From Chrysomallon squamiferum (taxonomy: Eukaryota > Animalia > Mollusca): 64,000 nt of DNA. This document shows, piece after piece, positions 38,301 through 53,378 of the stretch; position 1 is the first letter of the stretch; every line of letters begins with the position of its first letter. The stretch covers positions 17,050,001 through 17,114,000 of the forward strand of contig CM022671.1 of the NCBI GenBank assembly GCA_012295275.1. The letters are read 5' to 3'. The notes beneath the pieces were generated by a model. It did not search any database, was not told the origin of the DNA, and worked only from the letters and a program-made list of their open reading frames with translations. The position numbers and the translations under genes were made by a program.

Positions 38301-41300
38301 GTTATTGGGGGTGCAATAACTCGAACAAACCTAACCCAACTGTTTTCTCTGCTAAGTTTACAGTGCAGGTGAAATATCACAGTGCTTTCATTTTGATTGA
38401 TAAGTGTTTCGTAGCAACTTGTCCATTGGCTAGCCAAAATGGGTTGTTTGGTCATGTGATATCATTATTCATTATGAGTGTGACAGCCGAAATGGAAACG
38501 GAATATATATATATATATATATATTATTGAAAAAAAAAATAATAAAAAAAAAAAAATTAAAATAAAAAATTAAATTAAATTAAAAATAATTAAATTAGAA
38601 ATGACAACAGCAGACTGGACATAAGTACATTTTATAATTAATTTTTTTATTTTGTTCACATTTTTCATTTTAATTTGTTGGAAAGGGTCTGCTAATACAT
38701 TGCTACATACTTTGCTGCAGAGAGGTTATTAATTTATCCTACGTTTTAATAAATAATAATAAAATATTTTGACTTCTTTCTTTATTGTACTTTCTTAATA
38801 CAAGTGGCAGATGGGCGGCAGCTTAGAATTTTTTTTTTTTCTTCTGATCTTGGTTTTAATTACATTCGTAAGTCTGGAAATCATTTTAATTATACTAAAA
38901 GATCCAACCACTTTCGTAATGTATTTTTCAATTCACTTACTAAATATCTACTCAGGATTTTGGAAGATAATTTTTTTTAAACTTTCTTTTCCTTTAGAAT
39001 TAATCAGTATCATTGACGTTATCAGCTTAAAAGTATGATATTTCATAGCAATTAAATGTAATAATAATAATAATAACAGTAATAATAATAATAATAATAA
39101 TAATAATTATAATAATGATAGTAATAATAATAATAAAAACATAAATCAGAATGGTATCTATTAAACGAAGTAGAATGCAATTTATGAATAAATCAAAAGT
39201 ATGAAATTTAAAACGTCCTCAACAACGAAAGAAATATTAAAACAATAATACTTTATAGGAACAGATGAGAGGTACCAGGCCATTTATAACGTTAAAACTC
39301 TCTGTCTAAGTATACTTCTAGAGTGATGCAAACTTCTAAACGATTACATCAGTACTGCCGAAGAAGTAACTGAACTATATTTCATAAAATCCTGTTAAAA
39401 ATGTTGCTGGATAGATTTAAAGCCAAACAGCGTGGCGAGCTGGACTTGTCAAATTTTTAAAAAATGTGTTAACCGATCTACTGACTCGTCAGCTTCAACT
39501 GAAAGGTTTGTCACTGTGGGAAATTGTAGTCAATGTTTCTCATAAAAAAAAACGAAACATAATTACTTGCAAATTGAAAATTTACTAACTGAAAAAAAGT
39601 ATTAAAAATTAAAAAATGATTGAACAAAAATAACAAAATCGGAATAAATAAATTGAAAAGAAGAAGAAATTGCTTGAAATCAGTTCGAATCTTAGGTATG
39701 GATTCAGAGAAGTTACAATAACCATTAATGGTTTAAAATTAAAATTTAATTGTGTACATCATTCCTTATGTGTGTGTGTCTTATTATACACACATATATT
39801 TTATATATACGTGTGTGTGTTTTTAATGTGTTCGTACCTTGTGAGTGATTTAAAAATATTTCCGATCAACTGTAAACTTGACAAGCTACTATTAGAGAGT
39901 TTTCTAAATAGAGAGCAGTTTAGCGGTCTGTTAGGCTTAACCAGGTTTAACGAAGAATTCCAGGAAAAATTCTTATTTAATAATTTATAAAAAAATATAC
40001 ATATACATATATATAATAAAAGAAATAAGAAAAATCTTGTTTAGAATCTGGCAGGCTTCGTAGTAAATCGATCCTCTATCGGCTACTTTTTAAATTTTGT
40101 GGCGTACAGCTCTCTGTCCATTTCAGTACGACTTACAAGTGAAATCTGAGAAATGTTCTGTATATTACTAGAAGCATTCTTTGAAACACTTCTACGTGTA
40201 TTCTTTTTCTTTTTAAATATTTATTTTCTATTTTTAATTTATCTTTCAAATACTTGTACATGTACTCTGTGTAAAAATGTTGTTTAGATCTATTAATAAT
40301 GCATTAAAACAAGGTATTTTTTCTTTCTTTCCTTCACCAGTTAATGTGGTGACAGAAGAACAGGATAAATGCACGTGAAGTCTGCGAGAAAGACATACAC
40401 AATAAATGAATTCAAAATAATCATAGATATATGGTCAAATAGGCTCATCTCTAGGAAAGAATTTGGAGTTAAAGGGAAGAAAATAATAAAGGTTTCCTTA
40501 CAGTAGCTATGTTTGACTTGGTAACCAGCAGCTGAAAATGTTTTTTGTGTCTTGATGAGCAAGGCACTGAACAATATCAAGCCAATTAGAAATTATAGTT
40601 AAATAAATTTAGTGCCTACTTTGTATTAATAAAAAACATTTAAAAAATTAGATTATAGTGATGTTTGATTTTAAATTAACAATTATCGTTGTAATCAAAT
40701 AACATTTAATTTCTTATTCTTTTGTTTCATATTATTAAAATTATGAACTTGTTTCTACTGAATAACAGCATTTAACTTTGCACTCTGTGATGTTCTGGGC
40801 AGGAGAGGTGAATGATGAGAAAATATTCTGTGATGTAATCATTGTTTCTGAACATCCAGACCATCACAGACATTTTGCTTTTCACTTGTTTTGTTACTAG
40901 CATATGGCGAGAGAACAGAAATAGCGACAGTTAACAGATATCCGTTATTCTGTCATTATATCTGTCCAAAAGATCCCTTTAAACATAGTTTAAATATTTT
41001 CTAAACATTCATCTCTTTCCTTAATAAACATTTCAGTTTTCCTTCATAGATTTTTTTTTTTTTTAACTGTTACTCACTATAATAGTGAACACAAAACAAA
41101 TGGCTTACTATAGGTCTAGGACATTTATGAGGCCAAAACAACAACAACAAGAAGAAACAAAACGAATTAGACTTTTCCAAGAATACTCTTGAAAGATGAT
41201 CAAGATAGAAATCTTTCTTTTGACTGATTTTTCTCTGATATACAAAGTAATTGTCATTTTCTGTACGCCAATCATTATGTATTACGATATCGGAATCTAA

Positions 41301-41349
41301 ATGTTGTTAACAATGTATTGTCTCCCTATAATGGAAAGACGACGGTCCA

Positions 41350-42006
41350 TTTTTTGCTTTATGTTGCGAGCCAAAATCCGTGTTACGAGCGAGCTTCAGA
41401 TACGCCGCCGCTAGTTGGCGCAACGAACAATACAACAGCGTCCCCGCTCACTCGTTTACATCACGTTGTTATCTCGCCGTTGAAGCATCTGTGTTGTTTT
41501 GTGCTCGCGTTTTAGCAGTATTTTGCCAAATATATTCTTTCTGACCATGGATCCTAAGAAAGTCAGTAGGAAGGAAAGTGCTGAGAAGAAGAAGCGTCCA
41601 TTGAATTAAAGCATGCTATCATGGACAAACATGAGCGAGGTGTACATGTAGTGGACTTGGCTAGGCCGTATGAGCGTAGTACTTCTACGATATGCACCAT
41701 ATTGACGCAGAAGGAGTCGATAAAGGCTATAACTCCAGCCAAAGGCATTAAATTAATTTGTCTGATCTCGAAGATAAATACACTTTACAAAACCAATTTA
41801 TTTGTTTACATTCTCTTTTATGTTTTTTTTTTTACAATATTTGTCATTAATAAACACATTTTTCGTAATTAAAAACACGTTACAAAGAAGGGCTGTAACG
41901 GATAAATGGTATTTCAATTAATTTCAGTGGTAAACTGATTTGATATACGAGCAAACTGAGTTACGAGCTCGGTCACGAATTAAACTCGTAAGTCAAGCTA
42001 CCGCTG
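41350..42006 (+). mobile_element. Tigger/pogo fragment, variant a (duplicate of 2130-2784)
   Basis: Near-identical sequence and the same TIR-like end plus TA. Confidence 0.8.
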
Positions 42007-42756
42007 TATATTATTATTAATGAATGGGCGTGATCATCATTCTTCTTCTTTCTTTCTTTTTGAGTATTTAAAACAATATTTATTACTTCTATACTGAAAT
42101 TAATATTGTTTGTTTGTAAATATTCCTAAGGAAAAAGGTTTTAAATAATGGTATTTTGTATTTAAATAATTGTACATTCTATTTAAATCATTGTACGTTG
42201 TATTTAGTGCCGCAGCTGACAGGCGAACAGGGGAGCGAACGCCCCCGGTGAATCATTTTTCAAAACTGGCACTGATTCAACAATATTTTATAACTCTTTA
42301 GTTCATTTGTGCGATAGAAGTCGAATCTCCGGAACACACACATATACACCCCCCTATATATTCACACACATATAAACCCACACATACATATACATGTACA
42401 TATAACCACACAGACGTACAACATATACACACGTACATAAACACAAACGAATGCGCGCACACGAACACACACAGAGACACACACATTCGCACGCATACAT
42501 ACACGCAAACACACATACGCATCACGTGAATGAATATATCTCGGTGTCTGTCTCTGTTTTATAGTTGTATGTCATTTTTTGTTCATGCCATTCGGAAACA
42601 TTCAAAGAAAAAAATATTTCCTTTGAAAACTTGAACTTGAAAAAAATTAACGGGCTAATCAGAGCAAGCTGTTGTGAAGCACGGCTACGATGGGAACACT
42701 TTCTAGTAATCGGGGAGAATCAAGATGACCTATCAGTGAATAAGGCAAATTTGTTA

Positions 42757-42871
<115 letters not shown>

Positions 42872-42996
42872 AATTTCGTAGAACTTTTTATTTTTGCATT
42901 TTTCTTGTACAAGACAGATAGTAAAGTAACTTTAATTATTACTGAATTCATATCACCTCTTTTGATGTTTTTCGCAAATTTTTCAACTCCATGGCG

Positions 42997-44810
42997 TTGT
43001 TATAAAAAGTGCTGGAATTTGGTAATTAAAGAGCGAGAAAAAGAAGCGAGAGAAGTAAGCGAGAGCGATGGAAACAGTCAAGACGAAAGTTCAATCAGGC
43101 GGGGAAGCCAATATTTTTGAATGACGTTGTCTTTACGGACGAGTATGGTAAGCAATTGTCTATTCTTATTTGATAGAGTGTAATATGCAATTAACTTGTG
43201 TCAGTAACATTTATTATACCTAAGAGTTTAATGTTTTAATCTGTCCTCCGTGCAGATTCTTATTTTGTCTTGGTTCTGTGAGTTTGTGTCCAGAAAACAG
43301 AATGTTTTTGATAAATGGATTAGATCAAGCGACATTAGGAAGGATTATGCCAAATTACGTGAATTTATCATTTTGGAAGAAGTGAGAAATTGTTTACCTG
43401 TAAATGTTCGGTTACATTTGGAAGATCAGGGCATAGAAAGTCTACAAGCTGCTGCTGTAGCTGCTGATAATAAAGTCACAGAGTTGTGACTCAAGTCCTT
43501 CTAAGAATTTTGATGGTAATCAGGAAAGGTTTTCTGGTAGGACTTCATCAGTTAGGCAGCATACTATAATACTAGGTCAGGAATGTCAGTAAAGAGTAAT
43601 CTGAAACAAAGCCTTTTCAACCACGTTGTTCATATTGCAGAATGAATAATCATATTGTTTCAAAGTTATGCCAGAAAAAAGGATAATCAGAAAACTGTAG
43701 TGTTTTGTTAGAACAATAAGTAATGTCTCAGAATGACCAGATATGTATACTCAGCAGAAATATGTTAAATATATCTCAGAGGGTACTACTTGTCGTATTC
43801 AACCAAATAGTTATCGTCCGGGGATAATTTCCATTTTTCGAAACATTGGAGCTTGGCAGAGCCTGATTGTGAAAGATCCCGTAAGAGATCCAGAAAAATC
43901 GGCAGCAGGTCAAAATATAATCATTAAGGCAGTTGAGGGAATGTGTACTACCATTCCATTACACCAAGTTCTTCTCAATTCTCTTCTGGCTTCTGGAGAG
44001 GTGTTTGTCGGTCTCATAGATAGTTTACCGATGGTGGTGTAGATTTGTTGGGTCAAAATCGTAGATAAAATCAATCTTTTAAACGATAATGAATGTTTTT
44101 GTGCGCATAATGATGTGTGAATGAATATAGCCTTAAATAGAATCATGACAGATAAAAAATGTAGTACCTAAAATAAGAGATAGGATTGGCAGGCGACTAA
44201 GTTAGTCCGAAAACATTTAGTGAAAGCTCAAACTAAAATAAAAAAAACAATTTGATAGGAAAGCTAAAATAAGAAAATTTAATCCATGTGACATGGTACT
44301 AATGTATTTGCCAATCACTAAATCATATTAATCTGTTGAAGGTATACCATGATCGGGCTCCGATCAATTCAACGATGACTGTGGAAGGTGACCAGATGGA
44401 AATGTCTGTTAATCAACCAGGTGAAAAGACTGACATTCGGCTGACTAACAGTGAATCTAAGTTGGACCAGAGATTACATCACCTCGCAAGTGAGAGACGA
44501 AACGAAATAACTAAAAATGAATACGAAGATCCCTAAATTGTTCACTGAGACACCAATTCTGACCGACGTCAGAACCCAGGATGTGGAAATAAAAGATGTT
44601 CTCAAACCTTCCAGGAATAAAAGAATATGTTCTGTTCAACCCCTGTAATGGCTGCAACCATTCAAGCTGGCTGTAGATGTTGGTTCTGGGGAAAGAACAT
44701 CACAGTAGGATAGACCACTCAGTCTACGGACTTCATGATGTCTACTGATCAGCCCATGGCGAACCAGAAAAATAATATCTTACTGAAGCTGAGACACTGA
44801 TAACCTTAGT
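42997..44810 (+). mobile_element. Gypsy relic, third copy with 44051-44261 replaced by unrelated DNA
   Basis: Near-identical ORFs 43250-43489, 43743-44042 and 44336-44536. Confidence 0.8.
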
Positions 44811-45231
44811 TTTTATTTTATGTAGTTGGTTATACTCGTGAAAATGAATAATTTGTGCTCTCTCAGAAGAAGAAGAAAATCATTCATGAATGTAAGAATA
44901 ACTGGTTACGTTGAACTTCAAACTTAATCCATTTATTAAGTTTTTGTTGAATAACTAATATGATCAGAACTAGGGACATACTCTGAGAGAAGCTGCTAGA
45001 TCTAATCTTTTAAATTAGTACTGAATACATAAACCTTAGATTCGACAAGTTTAATTATTATGAATTTAAATTATAAATTTTGGAAATGTAATGTCAGCAG
45101 AAAGCACTTTTTTATACTTTTGTATTATCCATAATGAGAAAAACAAATTGTATTTTTTTACGATTTGATCTAAATAGTTAGAAAATATTACATGAACAGC
45201 TGCTAAAAATATACATAATCTGATTTGATCC

Positions 45232-45295
<64 letters not shown>

Positions 45296-45342
45296 AGCCA
45301 ATTCTCGTTTTATCAATGATAGGAATACTGGACTGTTCTACA

Positions 45343-46590
45343 ATGAAATTTCTCTCCGTGGCCATTTTCTCTGTGGTATGTACCAAATAGTTATATAGAA
45401 ATTACTACTAAACGTAAAGTTTATTTACCTTTCATCGTATATTGATTATTTCTAAGATAATCTGATTTTTGTTGGTATTATAAATAAATAAATAAATAAA
45501 TATATAAATAAATAAAATAAATTATTATTTATTTAATCCTTTATGTTAATTATAATGACGTAATATTTCAGTTTAATTTTTCTTACATTTACTTATTTAT
45601 TTATTGGTAATGATTCTGTTAATGTTCAGGAGTAAATACTAAACATATAAGGATATGATTCAAAGAAAATATTTAACTGATTTCATTTGTCAACCACTAT
45701 TTGATAAATGTGCCATGAAACACCTCCACGTTTTACATGCTGTTTATGGGGTGGTGCTTATAAAACATCTCTAAGTGCTGACAAGAGTAAACTAGGAAAC
45801 ATTTCATAGATATGATGTCGTGAAACTGTTTACAATCCATCAAATTTTATTAAACGAATCTTCTTTTAATAATACATTTTTTAAATTCTATGAAATATAA
45901 TTATTATATTTTGTACAGTTCTTTACGTTGCTGTTTTATAAACTTTTGAAATTTGTTATATTATTTAACTATTTAATTTTTACATTAAGGATTTTCATAC
46001 TGCTTTCTGATACCCAATAACTGATCTGAGTTTCATGCAGGACATTGTTAAATATTCATTCATTCATTCTCATACAAGTAAACCATAAATACGGTACAGT
46101 TATACACCAATGTTATGTTGTGTTTAAAATATATCGTGCTATCTGTGTACTTACAGAATCAGGATTCGTTTCTTAATGTCATTCTGTGAAAAAACGATAG
46201 GTTCAGCACCATCTAATGTTTAATGTAATCTACTGATTTAGCATCTAATAATTTTTATTGCAAAGCAATCTAATAATATTCAGTATGTTTATGTGTCGAA
46301 ATAAATACTTTTTCATTCAATTGAAGGCGATTACTCTAGACATCACAGTAAAAAGATCATATGAAAGAGTCGTAACTCCTGGAGATCCTTGTATACACGA
46401 ATCTCAGTGTGGTGTAGGTTTCTGCTGTATAAGGAATGGTGCTTCATCTGGAAGGTGTCAGAGTTTACTCACGGAGGATCAACGGTGTGGCATAGAGGGC
46501 GTCTGCCCATGCGACCCTGAATTAGAATGTAGGGAAGTTCGGTTTCAATATGGACTACAAAAATTTACTCATGTAAGCCCCCATATCTAG
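45343..46590 (+). CDS. 10-Cys peptide copy 7; as assembled only 9 Cys owing to a -1 frameshift near the 3' end (exons 45343-45375 and 46327-46590)
   Basis: Reads ...VVTPGDPCIHESQCGVGFCCIRNGASSGRCQSLLTEDQRCGIEGVCPCDPELECREVRFQYGLQKFTHVSPHI*. One more A in the run at 46559-46563 restores ...GLQKIYSCKPPYLG* (stop 46593-46595), homologous to copy 1. AATAAA 46679-46684. Confidence 0.8.
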
Positions 46591-46803
46591 GATGAACCTC
46601 TCAATAGAGATGATCAGAAAATCCCAATGAGTTCAGAAAAATCTCACTTTCTAGTTTAAATAATATAATTTAAATGACAATAAATATTTGCAACATTTAT
46701 AAGATTGTCTGTTTTTAGTGCTAAAATATTTTTATTTCTGTGTAGAGTAAAACTACAGTGAAATACTTTGGTTTATATTAATTAAAACGTTTAGTCATTA
46801 TTA

Positions 46804-46835
<32 letters not shown>

Positions 46836-48949
46836 TTATATATTTATATTTCCTCCAGCCCTTATTATAAACCCATTTCTGTCTGTTTCCATTTATCAAC
46901 TTGTCTACATTTTGAAAGAATCTCTCTTCTTCATACCTCTTATACAGAAATATTATTATCATTCTTTATTATTTTATCATTTAACAGACTTAATAATAGT
47001 GATCAGTCCATCATGAATCTTTATTACAATCTATAACAACATTCTAGTTTACTGTTTAGATTATGTTGTTATTTTTTAAATAGATTTCGAATTCATACAT
47101 TTTACATATATATATATATGGGTGTGTGTGTGTATATATATACACACATATATACATACATACATAAATACTGAAAGCATTTGTTTTGATTTTTTATTAA
47201 ATAATTGTAAAATAAAAACAGATAGAAAATTAATCATAAATACTAATATAATAATTCATAATCCTTTCAACAAACCCTGACATTACACACATTGATGCAC
47301 ATAAAAATAGATTGATGTGGTTGTGGCCTCATTGTTTAATCGGCAATGTTTCGTGCAGTTTGTGAGTGAAATTCATTGTGAAACTTTGGAGATACAGGAT
47401 TGTTTGTATATGGCTAAAAAGTGTCATTTGAGAAACAGTCAATTTAGGTAAATGGTTATGAAAATTGTTTAATCTTATCGCAAACATGCGAATAGGAAGC
47501 ATTGCTTTATTTGGTAGGTAAAAAGAAACTTCTCTAAAGAAAATCTTGTCCATGATTATGCACACTTTATTATATATATAATAAAAATACTGATGTGTTG
47601 ATTTTAAGATTTATTATCTCCGAACATGAACAAACCTAACCCAACTGTTTTCTCTACTTAGTTTACAGTGCAGGTAAAATATCACAGTGCTTTCATTTTG
47701 ATTGATAAGTGTTTCATTGCTTGACTGATAAGGGTTGTTTGGTCATGTAATATCATTGTTTATTCTGAGTGACAGTCGAAAAGAAAACGGAATATATATA
47801 TATATGTATGTATTAATGAAAAAAATTAATTAAAAAAATTATGAAAAAATAAAAATGAAAATAAAAAATAAAATTAAATTAAAAATAATTAAATTAGAAA
47901 TGATGACAGCAGACTGCAGATAACTACATTTTATAATTAATTTTTTTTCATTTTGTTCATATCTTTCGTTTTAATTTGTTAAAAACGGTCTGCTAATAAA
48001 TTGCTACATTCTTTGCTGCAGAGAGATTATTTATTTATCGTACGTTTTAAAAAATAATAATAAAATATTTTGAATTTTTTGTTAATGTACTTTCTTAATA
48101 CAAGTGGCAGATGGGCGGCAACTTTGTATTTTTCTTCTTCTTCTGGTCTTGGTTTTAATTACATTCGTATGTCTGGAAAATAGATGAAATCATTTTAATT
48201 ATATTGAAAGATCCCACTTTCGTAATGTGTTTTTCAATTCACTTACTAAATATCTTTTCTCCATTTTGGAACGTAATATTTTTTTAAACTTTCTTTTCAT
48301 TTAGAATGAATCAGTATTATTGACGTTATCAGCTTAAAAGTATGATATTTTATAAGAAAAGAAAATGTCATAATAAAAATGATAATAATAATAATAATAA
48401 TAATAATGATAATAATAATAATAGTAGTAGTAGTAGTAGTAGTAACAATAAAAGTACAAATATGAATGACATCTATTAAACTAAGTAGAATGTAATTTAT
48501 GAATAAATCAAAAGTATAAAATTTAAAACGTTCTCAAGAACCAAGGTAATATTAAAACAACAATAGTTTATAGGAACAGATGACAGGTAGCAGGCCTTTT
48601 ATCGGGCCCAGTTTACAACGTTAAAACTCTCTGTCTAATTATGTTTCTAGAGCGAAGCAAGCTTCTAAATGTTTCCTTCAATACTGCAGAGAAAATAACT
48701 AAAATGTATTTCATAAAATCCCGTTAAAAATGTTGCTGGATAGATTTAAAGACAAGCATCGTGGCAAGCATTCAAGATCAAGATAGAAATCTTTGTTTTG
48801 ACTTATTTTTCTCTGATGTACAAAATAACTGTCATTTTCTGTACGCCAATAATTATGTAAAACGATATCGGAATGTAAATGTTGTTAACAATGGATTGTC
48901 TCCCTGTAATGGAAAAACGACTTGTACAGCCATGTTTTACGAGTTTTCT

Positions 48950-49545
48950 GAGTTACTAGCACTCGGCCGGTCTATTTTTCGCTTTCAATTGCGAGCCAAA
49001 ATCCGAGTTACCATCGACCTTCAGATATGCCGCCGGATATGGTACATCGTTGAAGTATCTCTGTTGTTTTGTGCTCGCGTTTTGTGCACTATTTTGCCAA
49101 ATTTCTTATTTCTGACAATGGATCGTAAGAAAATGAGAAGAAAGGAGAGTGCTGAGAAGAAGAAGCGGACGATGTCCTTTGAATTAAAGCATGAAATCAT
49201 AGAGAAACATGAGCAAGATGGGCATGTAGTCAATTTGGCTAGGAAGCACGATCGTATACTTCTACGATAAGTAACGCCGAAGGAGTCGATAAAGGCTATA
49301 ACTCCAGCCAAAGGCATTCAAATAATTTGTCTGATCTCCAACATAAATACACTTATTTGTCATTTATAAATATATTTTTCTTATTTAAAAACACGTTACA
49401 AAAAGGAGGTTAAAATAAAGGGGAGGGGTTTGAGGGCTTTAACGGATTAATGTTATTTCAGTTAATTTCAGTTGGGAAAACTTATTTGATTACGAGCGCA
49501 TTGAGTTACGAGCTCAGTCACGGAACGAATTAAACTCGTAAGTTG
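48950..49545 (+). mobile_element. Tigger/pogo fragment, variant b
   Basis: Homologous to 10400-11030; ORF 48761-49270 ends in the HTH start. Confidence 0.75.
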
Positions 49546-50257
49546 TATATTATTATTATTAATGAATAGACGTGATCATCATTATTCTTCAATCCTTTCT
49601 CTTAGGATTTAAAACAATATTTTTTACTTCTTCACTCAAATTAATATTGTTTCTAAATATTCGTAAGTTTTAAATAATTGTACATTGTATTTAAATAATT
49701 GTAAATTGTATTTAGTGCCGTAGCTGATAGGCGAGCAGGAGAGCGACCGCTGCCGATGAACACATTTTTCAAAACTTGCACTGATTCAACAGTATTTTAT
49801 AACACTTTAGTTCACTTGTGCGATAGAAGTCAAATATCTAGGACCAACCAACACACACACACAGACACACACACACACAGACATATATATATACACACAC
49901 ACACACGCACACCTATATATTTACACGCACATACCCATGCATACAGACACACAAACACAGATACGCTTCATATATCTGTTCATCTCTCTCTGTTTTACAG
50001 TTGTGTAAGTCATTTTGTTCATACCATTCGGAAAAATACAGCGAAAAAACAAAAGTTAACTTTGCTTTCCAAATCGTTTTCTACTTGATGTTTGAAAGAT
50101 CTGCGACGTCTCTAAGTTAGTGCACAACATGACGAGTATGAAACAGTCTTTGAAGTTCGACATTCGTTTGTCAGCTGCAGGTGAAACCGGTTTGTCAACA
50201 CACAGGTAGTAATCGGCGAGTCAAACTGACCGATAACTGAATGAGGCAAACTTGTTA

Positions 50258-50387
<130 letters not shown>

Positions 50388-50721
50388 CATGGAATTTTGC
50401 AGTACACACACATACATGTATATATATTATTTCTTGTCGGATCATTGTAAAAGATAAACAAGTTTAATTATTATGAATTTAAATTATAAACTTTGGAAAT
50501 GTAATGTCAGCAGAAAGCACTTTTTAGATACTTTTTTTATTATATATAATGATATAAAATGTTGCATATTTTTACCAGTCCTAAATGGTTAAGAAATATT
50601 GCATGAACAGCTGCTAAAAATATACATAATCTATTTTGATCGTGTGTGAGTCTGTGTGTGTGTATGTATATTCAAGCCACTTCTAATTTGATCAGCGATA
50701 GAAATACTGGAATATTCTATA

Positions 50722-50971
50722 ATGAAATTTCTCTCTGTGGCCATTTTCTCTGTGGTATGTACCAAATAGTTATATAGAAATTACTATTAAACGTAAAGTT
50801 TATTTACTTTATTTCGTATATTGAGTATTTTTAAGATGAGCTGATTTTTGTTGGTATTATAAATAAATAAATAAATAAAATGAAATACTTATTATTTATT
50901 TATATTGTTCAGTTTTATCCCTTCTTTTAACCATAATGACATGTAATCTTTCAATTCATTTTTTCTTACAT

Positions 50972-51038
<67 letters not shown>

Positions 51039-51660
51039 TTTGTAATTGTTTCTATTAATGTTCATTAATAAATACGAAACATGTAAGAATATGATTCAAA
51101 GAAAATATTTAACTCATTTCATTTATCTAACACTGGAGTACATTGTTTGATAAATCTGCCAGGAAACACCTACACGTTTTACATGCTGTTTATGGGGTGG
51201 TGCTTATAAAACATCTCTAAGTGCTTCAATAATGTTTGATATAAAGAATCTAATAATATTCAGTATGCTTGTGTCTTAAAACAAATACGTTTTCATTCAT
51301 TTGAAGGCCATTACTCTAGACATCACAGTAAAAACGTCGCACGAAAGTGGTGGAGAGGTGTGTAAGAAAGATTCCGACTGTGGTGAAGGTTTCTGCTGTG
51401 TCACCAAAAAGATCAGAAGGCGATTCATCATCACGCATTCATTCCTTGATGGTCGTGACTCTGGAACATGTCAGGCTGAACGCAAGGAGAATGATCCATG
51501 TCACGTTTTCATGATCCATGATATTTTCAATCCCAATCTGGTGGAAGGCTACTGCCCATGCATGGCTGGACTAGAATGTCGTGGGGAAACTGTGGAGGAA
51601 ACAGAAGATACCATCATTCACCACAATCCCAAATGTCAGCCCAAACATGTCAGTCCATGA
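50722..51660 (+). CDS. 10-Cys peptide copy 8, long-loop acidic astakine-like type (128 aa; exons 50722-50754 and 51307-51660)
   Basis: Exon 1 MKFLSVAIFSV|GT. Exon 2 AITLDITVKTSHESGGEVCKKDSDCGEGFCCVTKKIRRRFIITHSFLDGRDSGTCQAERKENDPCHVFMIHDIFNPNLVEGYCPCMAGLECRGETVEETEDTIIHHNPKCQPKHVSP*. Shortest intron (552 nt). AATAAA 51731-51736. Confidence 0.9.
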
Positions 51661-52119
51661 TTAACCAGGCTCTCAGTAGAGATCATCAGAAAATCTCACT
51701 TCGTGGTTTAAATAATGTAATTTTAACGACAATAAATATTTGCAACATTTATAAGATTGTTTGTTTTTCAGTGTTAAAGTATAAATACATAGTTTAATTT
51801 CAGTGAAGAGGAAAACTACCGTGAAATAGTTTGGTGTGTATTAATTAAAACTGTTGGTATTTATATAAATTTAGAGGATAATCCTGAATAAAGAGAAGAA
51901 ATTAAGTCACATACAAGAACTGACAAAAATGGCTACCAAAAACTGTTTAGGTCTCATAGTAAACACTGTAGTCAAAATATGCAGAGCTAGATGAATTAGA
52001 TATAGTCTGAAACTTGAAAACATTTTAAAATAAAAAAAATTAATCATAAATACTAATATAATAATTCAGAATCCTTTCCTCACATTAACACATTGATTCA
52101 TTATTACACTTATAAACCC

Positions 52120-52243
<124 letters not shown>

Positions 52244-52979
52244 TTTTGCAGTACACACACACACACACACATACATATATATATATATTATTTCTTGTCG
52301 GATCGTTGTAAAACATAAACACAAAAATAACTTTACGATTATTTTGAAGTGTTAACAACAAATATTTATTCATTCATACAATGTTAGATTTATAATCCTA
52401 TACTAGTAAAGAAAACTATTGTATATTGTAAAACAAAAACGAAAATAAAACGAAAAAAATCCCCCCAAAACAAGCGAGATTGTCTCTAATTAATAAATAC
52501 ATTCTTCTTTACTTACAGAATTACAAATAATTTAAAAGTGTCAAACTGTAGTTCGCTAGAGTTGGTTACCCTCGTGAAAATGAATACTTTTTGCTTTCTC
52601 AGAAGAAGAAAACAAAAAATGCTACAATTCATGAATGTAAGAACAACTGGTTACTTTGAATTGTTCGTGTGTTTCTTCAACCTAAATCCATTTGTTATTT
52701 TTTTTTTTTTTTGAATACTTGAATATGAACACAGCTACGGATTATGGAGTCAAGGACATACTCTGATAGGAGCTGCTAGAGCTAATCTGCTAGATTACTA
52801 CTGAATATATAAACCTCAGATTCGACAAGCTGAGACTTCTGTGGGCTATTTTAGACAGATTCCTCGGTATCCCAATGCATTAGTCACGCTAGAAATGAAT
52901 GTCTTTGTACAACAAACATGTCAGATGAAACACGACAGCACTAAGCAGAAAGTGGGCGAGTTCACATTATTCTCTATGT

Positions 52980-53190
52980 AAATAACAATAACAATAAAAA
53001 TGAATAAATAATGCACTGTTTTTAGTGCTACTATTACGACCACGATGCTTATGACTATGACGACTACGGATACCACGATGGCTATTACTATTACGATGAC
53101 TACAACGACCATTACTAGCATTACGATTAATGTGACTACTGTTGCGATGCCTACTACGACAGCTAATAATAGAATTACTACGGCGTCTAC
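52980..53190. repeat. Degenerate (ACT/ACG)n trinucleotide low-complexity tract
   Basis: Direct reading; it produces the spurious Val/Ile-rich ORF 52921-53121. Confidence 0.7.
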
Positions 53191-53341
53191 GAAACTTTGA
53201 ACAGGAATAGCTGGAACGGGGGAAGAGGATGGGTTTTTACCCCTCTTTTTTTTTATAAATTAAATGCCACTGCTGTCCATTATTTCCAAGATATTGAGTT
53301 ACTGCCCGCTTGACAAAATACTAAGGCACTAGGTCTATAGT

Positions 53342-53378
<37 letters not shown>

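Larger units (their letters stand above)
31591..41220 (+). repeat. Tandem triplication, unit ~3.35 kb (~31591-34972, ~34973-38322, ~38323-41220), without a peptide gene
   Basis: Homologous ORFs recur at 33649/37001/40341 and 32966/39670. The junction GGGGTGCAATAACT|CGAACAAACCTAACCC repeats at ~34973 and ~38323. Confidence 0.9.
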
